Positions 50,952-62,055 of a stretch of DNA of 64,000 bases are shown piece by piece (positions within the stretch are counted from its first letter, which is position 1; each line of letters opens with the position of its first letter). The translations under genes and the position numbers were made by a program. The notes beneath the pieces are model-generated. The model was given only the letters and a program-made list of their open reading frames with translations. It searched no databases and was not told where the DNA came from. Source of the DNA: Podarcis melisellensis (lineage: Eukaryota); the NCBI GenBank assembly GCA_964234715.1, contig OZ174288.1; one strand, written 5' to 3'.

Positions 50952-51064
50952 TAGTTACAGATAGGTAGCCGTTTTGGTCTGCCATAGTCAAAACAAAAAA
51001 AATTCCTTCCAGTAGCACCTTAAAGACCAACTTTAAGGTGCTACTGGAAGGAATTTTTTTTGTT
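50952..51064 (-). mobile_element. Penelope-like short palindrome lacking the hammerhead
   Basis: aattccttccagtagcaccttaaag-accaa-ctttaaggtgctactggaaggaatt; same family as 43331; flanking attactaaggtagt / attacaaaggtagt. Confidence 0.75.
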
Positions 51065-53061
51065 ATTACAAAGGTAGTGGAAGATCGATGCAAAGAATGC
51101 CTTTATCTTTCTTCAGATTAGAAAACCATTCAGAAAATATACTGTTACAGATCTGGAGTAACGGGGGTGTGTGTGTTTTTTTGGGGGGGACGACGACCTA
51201 TAACTGCTAGAGTTAGTGAATGTTAGAAATAAATAAATAGATCATGTTTGGAGTAATGAAAGGAACATGCCAGACCAGTGAAGAATACAGGCTGAACCAG
51301 TTCTCCTGTTCAGGACATCACTGATAGCGATGCCATTAAGAACACAAGGAGAACTAAGTACTGGGCCATTAAAGAAACATTGACCATGCAGCTGCTGTTT
51401 GTCCCCCTCCCATCTGTGTGTTATTTAGCAGAAGAAATACCAGAGTTAGGAGGGGGAGGTTACAGGAGGTGTGGTATCAAACAGGAAGAATGTGGTCCTT
51501 TTGAAAAGAGTTCTGGATAAGGGTGGGGCGAGCAGACACATGGGGAGGAGTTGCTTGGACCAAGGGTTCTTGGGAAGAAGGGCAAAGCCAAAACTCCAGG
51601 TAGAGACCCTGTGGGGTAGAACCAGATTGACAGGCTAGGAAAGAGACACAGAGATGGTGTGCAGGATGTTTTGGACTCCAATGCTGCATGGCTATGGGGA
51701 ACAAGCCCTGCTTGAGATGTACTACTCTGAACTCTCTCCAAAGTAGATCCAGATGTAAATATGTGTACAATAAGCCATATTTCTTAAAGATACTGCCTTG
51801 AGCTCCCAAAAGAAACACGACCCCAGGTGAGCACCTGAACCCCCTGGAATTTTGTTACCACTTAGCAGAAATTGGGGGGTGGCACAGAACTTTAGTAACA
51901 ATACTGTTCTGCCCTCATAAATTTAACTTTATTGCAAAAACTTCACAGAAGCAAAACGGTCAACTGCTTTAGCAAAATAACAGGTGACTGAGGCAGCCTA
52001 GCAACCTGAAGTACAAATGGATAAGAACGAGCCAGATTGATCTCTGAAAGAGATGCTGTAAGCAACAAATAATCTGTATATTGTAGGATTTTTCTTCTTT
52101 TCTCCGAATCTCCTTTCAGCTTTCAGTTTCATTAATCTATATTAAAAATAGATGTATACATGAAATCTGGTGAGATCTGACATGGTTCACTTGAGATGTG
52201 TGCTGACACAAATCATCGTTCCAAGGCAATTCAAATCTCCCAAATTGTTGGCCGCATTAGTTTCAGTGTGAGAAATGACGGTACTGTTGATTTATTGCAG
52301 CTTGGCTGTTTCAGAACTGAATCTGCCTCAATGAATTTGGCACTACAGAAGCAACAGTTCATTTACTAACCCAAACTCCATTTGTTGAAACTTTGTGAGT
52401 TTAGACTTTGTGAGTGGGGAAAGAAGTGAAACTTGGCATCATGGGAATATTTTCCATAGATATTCTTTTGCCAGTTGGAAAAGATTCACAGGCGGCACAG
52501 ATGGTGCTTCTCCTGGAAACCATTATGCTGTGCTACTTCCTGTCAATAAAACAAGTGAAAGTCGACCTAGTGACTTATCAGCAGTGCATTATGCTGGCTG
52601 CAGTGGAGTTTCCTGTTGAGAAACGGGCTCATATTCTGTGGCCCCAGAATGCCAGGACTTGTAATGCATAAATATTTCCAGGAAATGCATTGAAACAGGA
52701 TATTTTCTCCCGTTGGTGTTCATAATAAGGATGGTTGCTTTGGTTTGCATTTCTGGTCTTGAATGTTCAGGGTAGCTACTTTGTGGCTGAAATTACTAGG
52801 AAGCGTGCTAATTCCCAATCAAACCATTCTCTCTTTACTTAATCCCTAGCAGAGTTGGTAGCCTTAAGTGTTCTTACTTTATTAAAGTGTGTAAATGGAA
52901 GTTAGTTTCATTGATTTTACTGAACATTTCTTCCTATTATATTTACTAGGCTACACCTTTAGTAACTTTTGACAGTGAATTAGAGTGCAATTTTCCTACC
53001 AACTATTTTTTGTTCTACATTATTTCTAATGGTGCAGACAGTAGCAACATAATTAGGAAGT

Positions 53062-53885
53062 AATGTTGTCACCTTTGGTCAGGCAAAATAAAGGACAGGT
53101 CAGACAAAATATGGGACATGTTGGGGCAGGGAATTTGGGGGTTACAAATTACCTGGTGCAGAAATGACTTCAAAGCAATCCATTACAATGGCACACAGGG
53201 GTTACAGTGGTTTATTCAATTAAAAAAAACAAACCTATCACTCTCCATCCCACCCACCTCTGCCCATGCAAAAACACTCGTACCCAGTCCCTCTGCTCTC
53301 CACTGAATGGACAGACCAGGCCCATGCAACCCCTCTTCACTCTCTGACACTGAGTCTCTGAATCTCCATCTTTGATGCACCTGCCTCTGCCCATGCAAAA
53401 ACTCTTTCCCCCCATTCTCCATCAGGACCGTGCAAACCCCTCTCTCGCTCTCTGAGTCTGACCCATCCCATCCCCTCTGTCCATGCAAAAACCTTCTCTC
53501 CCACACTGGACCAGGGCCCTGCAACCCGTCCACACAAAATCTGAGACTCCACCATAGCAGGCCTGTGCACAGCAGACCCCATCTCTCATGATCCGTGACC
53601 CATCTCTACCCATGCAAAAACTCAAATGCCTCCTCCTGACCCCACTCTCTGCCCATGTCCTGCGACAACTCTCACTCTCACTCTTGGCTCTCCTCCTCCT
53701 GGACTCATCCTCTGCCCACACAAACTCCTGCTCAGGCTCTCACTCCTCTCCTCTCACTGGACCCACTCTCTACCCGAGCAGTTTTGAGGATGAGGAGGAG
53801 GATGAGCTGGAATACACGAAAAAGGGGTCCAATTTGTCCAGAAAAAGGACAAATCACATTTTTCTAGGGATGGGTTGCAACCTTA
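53062..53885. mobile_element. Probable old hAT-type element with internal degenerate minisatellite
   Basis: Degenerate ends (tgttgtcacc ... ggttgcaacctta), subterminal ggaca motifs, recurring ctctgcccatgcaaaaac units at 53259-53730. Confidence 0.4.
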
Positions 53886-55135
53886 CCGGGAATCTGATTG
53901 AAATGTTTCTAAATGTTAGATGAAATGTTTCTAAATGTTAGATCCTTGAAGCAGGGACAGTTGGTGAAGTTAATCAACCAGTATTAACCATTTTCTTTTT
54001 CAACAAGTCACTTGTTAATGTTATTCATGTATGTATTATTATTACTTGAAATTTCTTGTGCATCTTCTTTTCTACTGTCGGTTTAACTGAAGTCCTTTGT
54101 AATTTATGCCAAAATGTTATTTCACTAGTTGCATAAATGTTCTTTGTCCATGAGCACTATTATCATTATCATTATTATTATACCCCACCTTTCCCCCTGA
54201 TGTGGAATATTCCCCTGATACTAAGCATAATCTTAGTATTTTTATATATAATTTTAATGTAATGGGGGAATATCTATGCAGCTACTGGGCAGTGTGCAGA
54301 AACTTAGATATTTAAGTATTGTTTTCCATTCACCTGAGATTAAATAGTACTCAATGGGTTAACTCCCAAATTCCAGTCACTTTCAAGCTTTGAATTAATA
54401 TAATAAATAAATTTGTTATAGCTGTTGGTCCTCACAGGATGGTTGTGGTGTAATAAGGATGTATACTATGATAGATATATAAATCAGATTGATATTGATG
54501 CTTAGGCTGTCAGACTTACACAAACCTATATTTCTCCATTGAGAGGTATGTGGAATTTTACCTGCTAAAGAGGTATGGTATTGTTGGTCTGCAGTAGTTG
54601 CTAAGTTCCAAATTTTCCTTTACAAAAGGGCTTCATTTATAAACTAGTTCTGCAGGAGTGCATGGCTCCTGTCAGGCACATTTTTCTTTTAGAAAAGAGC
54701 TGTTTGTTCAGACACAATTGATTTTCTGCTACCGATCATTATTTGAATCAACAATCATATAATGTTTACCAGCAAGACTATTCATATCTGCATTTAAACA
54801 TACACAGATATTTCAGTTCATCTTTGACTCCTGAAGTCAGTTAGATAATATTTCTGTATATTTCAATTGGAAACTAAGGAGCAGGTATTCAGAACATTTT
54901 TGTAATTTTGTCTCTTTAGCTTTTTTAGGATTTACAGTATATAGAATATCTAAGGTTCTGTTATTAATTGCTTAGCTCAGACCACTTCTGGGGGGAGTCT
55001 GCTGTACCAAAAATAACAAAGCTGGCTTTGTAGCACCTTAAAGACAAAAAAAAATGATTATGGTACAACGTTTTGTGGACTAGAGTCATAGAATCATAGA
55101 ACTGTAGAGTTGGACTAGATGAGGGTCATCTAGTC

Positions 55136-56107
55136 CAGTGTTTCCCAACCTTTTTTGGGCAAAGGCACACTTGTTTCATGAAAAAAATCTCGAGGCACAC
55201 CACCATTAGAAAATGTTTAAAAAATTAACTGTGTGCCTATATTGACTATATATAAAATAACTCTCTTTAATAGGCATCAAATAAACACAAAGAAAGTATT
55301 TTATAATTACTTTATTATGAAATAGGACGCACCTACTTTTTTGGGGGGGGGAAATAAAGGAAATTTTTTTCCCTTTATTTCCCCCCCCCCCCAAAACCAG
55401 GTCGGGGAACAGTGGGATGGCGGTGCTGCGCCTCCCTGCTGTCCTCGAGCTTGTGGGGCTGGCCCATGTCTGCCTGGCGTGAGGGGCGCTCTGCTTCAGG
55501 GCGCCCCGTGCTGCCAGCTGCCGCCCGCAAGCCTTGCGCTCCTGGGGGGAGATCCCCCGGGTGCGCAAGGCTTGCCGACACCAGCGCGGAGCACGGGGCG
55601 TCCTCCGAAGGGCGCCCCGTGCTCCGCGCTGCCAGCTGCCGCCCGCAAGCCTTGCGCTCTCGGGGGGAGATCCCCCGGGTGCGCAAGGCTGGCCAACACC
55701 AGCGCGGAGCACGGGGCGTCCTCCAAAGGGCGCCCCGTGCTCCGTGCTGCCTGCTTCCGCCCGCAAGCCTTGCGCTCTCGGGGGGAGATCCCCCGGGTGC
55801 GCAAGGCTTGCCGACACCAGCGCGGAGCACGGGGCGTCCTCCGAAGGTTGCCCCGTGCTCCGCACTGCCAGCTGCTGCCCGCAAGCCTTGCGCTCCTGGC
55901 GGGAGATCCCCCGGGTGCGCAAGGCTGGCCAACACCAGCGCGGAGCACGGGGCGGCCTCCGAAGGGCGCCCCGTGCTCCGTGCTGCCGGCTGCCGCCTGC
56001 AAGCCTTGCGCTCCCGCCGCCCGACTCGCCCGCCTCCCTCCCACGGCACACCAGGCAACGTCTCGCGGCACACTAGTGTGCCGCGGAACACCGGTTGGGA
56101 AACACTG
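55136..56107. mobile_element. Young non-autonomous hAT element (972 bp) carrying a GC-rich tandem array
   Basis: TIRs cagtgtttcccaacc / ggttgggaaacactg; TSD atctagtc (55128-55135, 56108-56115); inserted in a CR1-type tail that itself lies within an older PLE-like fragment. Confidence 0.92.
55499..56013. repeat. 118-bp GC-rich minisatellite, ~4.4 copies, each unit palindromic
   Basis: Units start at 55499 (111 bp), 55610, 55728, 55846 and 55964. Confidence 0.95.
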
Positions 56108-56874
56108 ATCTAGTCCACCCCCCTGCAATGCAGGATTAATTTATTAGTTGACTTAAAAATTAATCTTTAAGGTGCTACAATATTTAGCTGTTTCAGCCAA
56201 AACTTCTTTTGAGTCTTGCTTAATACTACAGTAGACATGCAGATACCAGACTTAAATGAATACTTCGTATCTCTGTCTATCGTTCATATATATTGTGAAA
56301 CAGGATTAAAAGTTCTTTTGAATCTGTTAGCATTAAAATACCAAGGCAAGTCTGTTACAATCTAATGAAGTTTCATCTTTTGCTAACCATCTCTTCTAAT
56401 GACTTAATAAAAATGCAGCTGGATTGCTGACTTTAACTTATTGCAACATAAAATGTAAAATCACAGCTTTGTAATATTTTGTGTACCATTATATTTCTTC
56501 CTTAAATCTGTTGGTATAACCTTGTATTTTATGAATGACAAAATAGAAAGTATTAAAGTTACTGATCCATTTTAATGTATACAATACATATTTCTAGAAA
56601 AAATGCAGTAAAGAAAGTTGATCTAAGGTTAGATGAAGTTTAATTAGATATAAGATCCATAATATTGAACCAAAGATATCTACATACACAATTTCCTAAC
56701 AGATTACCTTTTTAAAAAAATTATGAATCGTCTCACAGGTGCTTACTGCCTTCTGATGCAGAAGTTCTATGCTTTTGCTCATTAACTGTTTCCCTGTATT
56801 ATAGCAAAAACAACACCCTTTAATTCCCTTTGTTTTAAAAAGCAAGCTACAAAGCAACGTAGCTGAACACTCAC

Positions 56875-57155
56875 CTGGTATGCACTACCCTGCCTCAGAG
56901 TGAAGTATGTAGGCTTCTTGACAGCAGGCAGAAACATTTTGCTCCTCAAATTGGAACTTTCTCAGAGTAAGTTCAGCAAAAGCTCCAGTGTCTCATTTCT
57001 GTAAAGGGTAAACAATAGCTGAGCTTAGGAGAAGAACGCTGACTCCACCACATCACTGTTGTTAGTGGCAATGAACTCCATGTATTCACGTGACCTCCCC
57101 CAACACATACACACACAGCATAATCCTTTAAGCTTCAGCTGTACTCTCCGATTGG
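56875..57155 (-). promoter_or_regulatory. Candidate GPR146 non-coding first exon and promoter
   Basis: Consensus donor CAG|GTGAGT at 56875/56874; upstream on minus strand an E-box TCACGTGA (57086-57093) and a CCAAT box (57151-57155); repeat-free region. Confidence 0.4.
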
Positions 57156-58920
57156 CAGAGAGCTCTGTTACAAAATCAAGCCCTCCACAGTGATATCTCT
57201 AAGTGATTAAGTCAGGAGGGTGAAGGGGCATTAATCATGAGGTCTGATTACTGCCCTGAGGCTGATTTGCCTTTGCAGCAGTGTAGAGAGAGTCCTGAAC
57301 GCTCTCTGTATTTTTTGAAACGGCATCACATTTAAAAGGCATTTTTCTAGTTAGAGAACTGTTAAACCTCTAAGACAGTTTCATAATAAAACCATTATCA
57401 AGTGCACACAGGCCACGGGACCACAATAGGGAATAAGCATTGAAGCTGTCTTAACTGAGTAGTCTTGTTAAAAAATAGGAATACTGGGGCATGTACATTT
57501 CCTTTGCAGATTATTCCAGGAAGGTTCTTTTTTTTTTTAAGTCAAACATAGCAGCATTACCTTATTAATAGAAACATAGCCTTAGGAAGAACAGTATTCT
57601 AAAAAGGAACTTACAATTTTACAGTGTAACGAGGATTTCAAAGTACAATGCAGTACAACAGCAGGATTATTTAAACCAAGACTATACTACTGTATATTAT
57701 TTCTGCTTATTAAAATTGCCTTTTTGTGGGTTTTAATTTTACTGTATGTTGCCTAGAAGCTCAGTTAAGCCTCTGGAGGTTTCCTGTTTGGCCCTCAATA
57801 ACAGTCACTGCTGTCAGAAATATGCTGCCTCTTCTTATGCACCTTCAGGGTCCCCCCCCCCCCCCGCTGCCAGAACTCACTGGAACTCAGTTCTGGCATC
57901 TCTCAGGTCAGTGCCATTGCCATTAAAGAGTATGAGGGAGGTGTTCATGGTGAGTTCTGGCACCTCCTTTTCTAGAAAAATAGCACATCACTTGGCATTG
58001 CCATACGTTGAATGTTGGACAAAGCATCCTCAGTAGATCCACTTCATGTATTGTATATGAGGAGTGGAAACAGAGTTTTCCCTCTGACCTCAGGTGCTCC
58101 ATGCAAAATGAAAATGACTGTGCTGTTGCAATGGTTGGCATTTGGCAGGTCTTGGTGCCTTAGAAAATACCAACCCTTGGCACTGTCTGGAGACAGGCAT
58201 GTGGGTTCAGACACATACATTGCAACAGGCCCTGTCAGTGGCTTCTTCCTCAAAAGCTCTGATGCACCGGCTCTTTTACTGCCTTTTATCTTGCCTGAAC
58301 ACCAGCAGAAGACTAGCTCCCTTTTGCCTGCATCTCGGCTCAAATAGGGAAGCAATAAATTGAAGTGTATAAGGAGTAGGCATTGTCAGAAGCTGTGTGG
58401 TTCATGCTGGAGTCTTTGCTGCATTGAAAATATGGTCCCAGTTTAAAAATTAGTTGCCAGCCAGGGCTTTAGAATAAACTCATTCCTTTTTTTATTGGAT
58501 TCCTTATTCCCAGACTCGAGATTTTTCAGTCAGATTTTTAAATGGAGCGGCATTGCACGCAGAAGGCCCCACATTTAATTCCCAGCATACACAATTTTTA
58601 GAAGAAGGATTTCTGAAAGATAGACTTTCCGGCCCTGCTATGTGACACCCTGGAGAGCCATTGTCAGTCAGAGTAGACGGTACAGAGTAGGATGAACTAA
58701 TGGTTTATATGCTCTTCACATGTTGGTTTTTCAGTTGTTTAAAATGAGAATTAAGTTGTGTGCAGCTTATTCTACCATTCTGACAGTTTTACTTACTCTT
58801 AAGCCATGTCTTCACAATATGAAAATTACCAAGCTATGTTTTTGCTAGCAGCTGAGTAGCAGAATCTTATTGGTTACTCACTCATATACACGAGCTGGAA
58901 TGTGTGCAGAGAAGGGAGAC

Positions 58921-59270
58921 AAGATGATAAAGGGTCTGGAAATCAAGCCTTGTGAGGAATGGTTGAGGGAGTTGAGTATGTACTAGTCTTCAGTTATCTG
59001 AAGAGCTGTCATATGGAAGATGGAGCAAGCTTTTTTTTCCTGCTCCTCCAGTGGATAGGACCAGAATTAATTAATTCAAATCTGAATAAAAAAAGGAGAG
59101 AGATTTTGTCTAAACATTAGAATGAATTTTCTGACTATGGGAATTGTCAGCATTGGAAGGTGCTAGGCTCCTTCATTTGAGGTTTTTAAACAGAGGTTGG
59201 ATGGCCTTCTGTCTGGGATTCTTTAGCTGTCATTTCTGCATTGCAGGGATTTGGACTAGATGACATTAGT
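58921..59270 (+). mobile_element. CR1 3' fragment
   Basis: gggtctggaaatcaagccttgtgaggaa...aaacagaggttggatggcc...ctgcattgcagggatttggactagatga. Confidence 0.8.
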
Positions 59271-60889
59271 CAATGTAGTAACATTGGCTTCCTGTTCTTT
59301 GGCATTATTTGATTTGTGTTGGGAGAGTTTAGGTGTTGGTGTCAATTTTGTATCATTAACAATGATTTGTGAACAATCAGTTGTGTAATATAATATTCTC
59401 TGGGGTTTTTTTTTAATTGATGCAAACATTAATTATACCATGTAGACTTTTAGGAATTGTAGTAATTTATATATGGAGAGAGCGAGCGTGTATGAGTGAG
59501 CGAGCTACTTCAATATTACAGGTGGGGTTTAAAAATTGCCCAACTATGTTGTTGCTCCATGTTTTGAAAGAGGCATATTGATGTGAAGGATGCCATCGTT
59601 TGTGGTATTCTGCACAATGTAGATGAGGTGGCTGTAATGAGGGGTGAGAACAGGAGTCATACTCCCTTGACAACTTAACTATTGGATTTGAAACTACTGC
59701 TGCTTCTTCTTCTTCTAACAACAAACTAGATGATATTTGTTGACTTTTTGTTTTTGTTTTAATAGTTCCATCATTTGTTTTAATAGTCCCATAGTTACCT
59801 CACCTCTTGAAGCAGTCACTTTCTAAAAGTATAAGTGAGGCCGTGCAACAAAATATTGCTGTGGTGAGGTTGTGTTTCTGTTTTCTGGCTTCTCCACCAC
59901 TGGAAGGATGGCTGGGACCCTTGAAGGTATCCAGAGTGGAAAAAACTGTCCCAACTAAGGAACCCTTGAAGACCAAGGTCATGTTGGCTGTCAGTAGAGT
60001 CTATGGCCATGTAATGAGCTCTGGCTGAGACTCAGGTCATGGCTTTGTTGGACTTTGATTCTGCACTCCTTCTTTCCATCCTCTTGTTTTCTCTATTTGG
60101 GAGGTGGGGTGGTATTCCCTCCCTTTTTTTGTACTGCAAAGTTCAGCATTCACCTGAGCCTGCTGATAATTTTCTTTTGTGAGTAGGTGGCGCTGTTTTG
60201 GCTACATAAGGATCGGTGCTAACCCCAAGATGGCATATGTGCTGGGGGGAAAGTAATAGCTAGAGTCTTGTGGCTACCTAGAAGATAAGCAGATTTAGCG
60301 TCAAGCTTTTATGAGAAGCATGAAGTGTATCCTCAGTTGGCAAATATATATCCACATATGTGCACAAAGGGGGCAGAAAGTCAACAATAAATCCTCAAAG
60401 CCAGGAAATGTATTGGATAGTGGTGGGTCTGTAACATTTATGTATAGATCAAATCCATGCAAGAACACATTCACAACACTTTGCTAATACTACCTTCTCC
60501 AAAGGTTCACAGAGGGCATTCCTAATCCTCAGGATGATGCCCCCTTCTGGGGCATGTAGGCAGAACCATTCACAATTACTTCACCAAGGGGTAGGGTGAC
60601 CTTGACTCATAAACCGACTCTACCTAGTTAGCCATAATGTTGGACCATATTGGTGATTCTAGGAGCCAAACTCTGTAGCTCCAAGCCCTTTGAACAAGTG
60701 GTCACATTTTTCCTATTTTGCTCACATTTAGATGGTTTTTTTAGGGGCCATAACACCAGCCCACGAAGACTCGGGGCTGAGAGTGTTGTTAGTGGACCAA
60801 AAGCCATGTGTCTTCAGCGTGATAGGCCTGCAGCCATATTTTCCCTGCTCCATAGATTCTAGATTTCTCTGCTGTCCTTCTGCACCAAG

Positions 60890-61069
60890 CCTGTTCAACA
60901 GTGGAACAGACTCCCACAAGAGGTGGTGGACTCTCCTTCCTTAGGGGTTTCTAAGCAGAGGTTAGATGGCCATCTGTCATGGATGCTTTAGCTGAGATTC
61001 CTGCATTGCAGGGGTTGGACTAGATCACCCTTGGTCTCCTCCAGCTCTAGGATTCTATGATTCTGTGAT
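60890..61069 (+). mobile_element. CR1 3' end
   Basis: gaggtggtggactctccttcc...cctgcattgcaggggttggactagat...gattctatgattctgtgat. Confidence 0.85.
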
Positions 61070-61817
61070 CCCAGGGAATAGAGCTGGCACAAGCTAGAAG
61101 TATGTGGTGCACTGTGGGTGTGGGCGTGCACTGCGCTTCTATTTAGATTGCATGGAAGGGTACAAAGGTCAGAGGCTAGAGAAAGTAAGATTTCCAAATC
61201 CATATGGCTTAAAGAACACATACTCTTAGCCTATAAAGTGTTAGTGAAAGACCTATTAATAGGGTTATTGCTGCCCACTCTTTCTTGCAGGCAGCAGCTT
61301 CAGCGGCCTTTGAGGGTGATATCCCTATTCTCAGTCAGTAAGCCAGTGTCTTATACTTAGTAGCCAATGGCTATTACAATATAAATCATTAAAACAAATA
61401 ATCGGAAGAGAAAGTTAGAACATACTGTTGTGAGGCTTTTTTGGGGGGGGTGTCAGACCCCTCTAATCCCTTGATCCAGCAAGTGTTAAAAGCTAATCAA
61501 GCCTTCTAATTCCTGAAATAGGCAAGGTAACTTCCTGGTGAGGCAATGAAGAATTAAGGGACTTGGTGCAAGATTGCAAATTGGTGGAGGGCCCTCTCCC
61601 TACAGAAAAAGCCAGAATGGAGAACAGAGTTTGGCAGTGATGTGACCTAGAAGAAAAGCTGGGGAGAGAGTCAGAGCAATTTTTGAAAGCAAGGTTTGAT
61701 TTCTGTTTGAATCCAAGGCTGCGGCTGTGGGATAAACAAGACCCTTTGGGGGGTGTTATTGCTGTGAACACCTCCATCACAGGCTCAAGTTGCATAAGTG
61801 TGTAAATAGACCATATA

Positions 61818-62055
61818 AAATAGAAACTCGGTTTTCGAATGTATTCCATTCCGGAAGACTGTTCGACTTCCAAAACATTCAAAAACCGAGAACTGAAAGC
61901 GGAAGCCTCAATATAATAGGGAAACTCAAAACGGAAGCTGTGAGGCACGTTTGGCTTCCAAAAATTGTTCGAAAACCAAAGCAGGTACTTCTGGGTTTTC
62001 GACGTTCGAAAGCCAAAACGTGTCAACAGAGAAGTCAACAACTGAGGTTCCACTG
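61818..62055. mobile_element. Degenerate Tc1/mariner MITE
   Basis: Right TIR caactgaggttccactg; decayed left TIR; internal ttcga/ccgga motifs like the other Tigger-type MITEs. Confidence 0.6.

Noticed and set aside
51419-51900. Possible solo LTR (TGTTA...TAACA)
   Set aside because: No matching TSD, no canonical AATAAA and no second copy in the window; cannot be supported.
53240-53790. CRISPR-like repeat-spacer array
   Set aside because: Vertebrate DNA, degenerate repeats, irregular and mutually similar spacers, no cas genes.
55206-56128. Six overlapping 180-281 aa ORFs on both strands
   Set aside because: By-product of a stop-poor GC-rich 118-bp tandem repeat inside a MITE; repetitive peptides with no domain signature.
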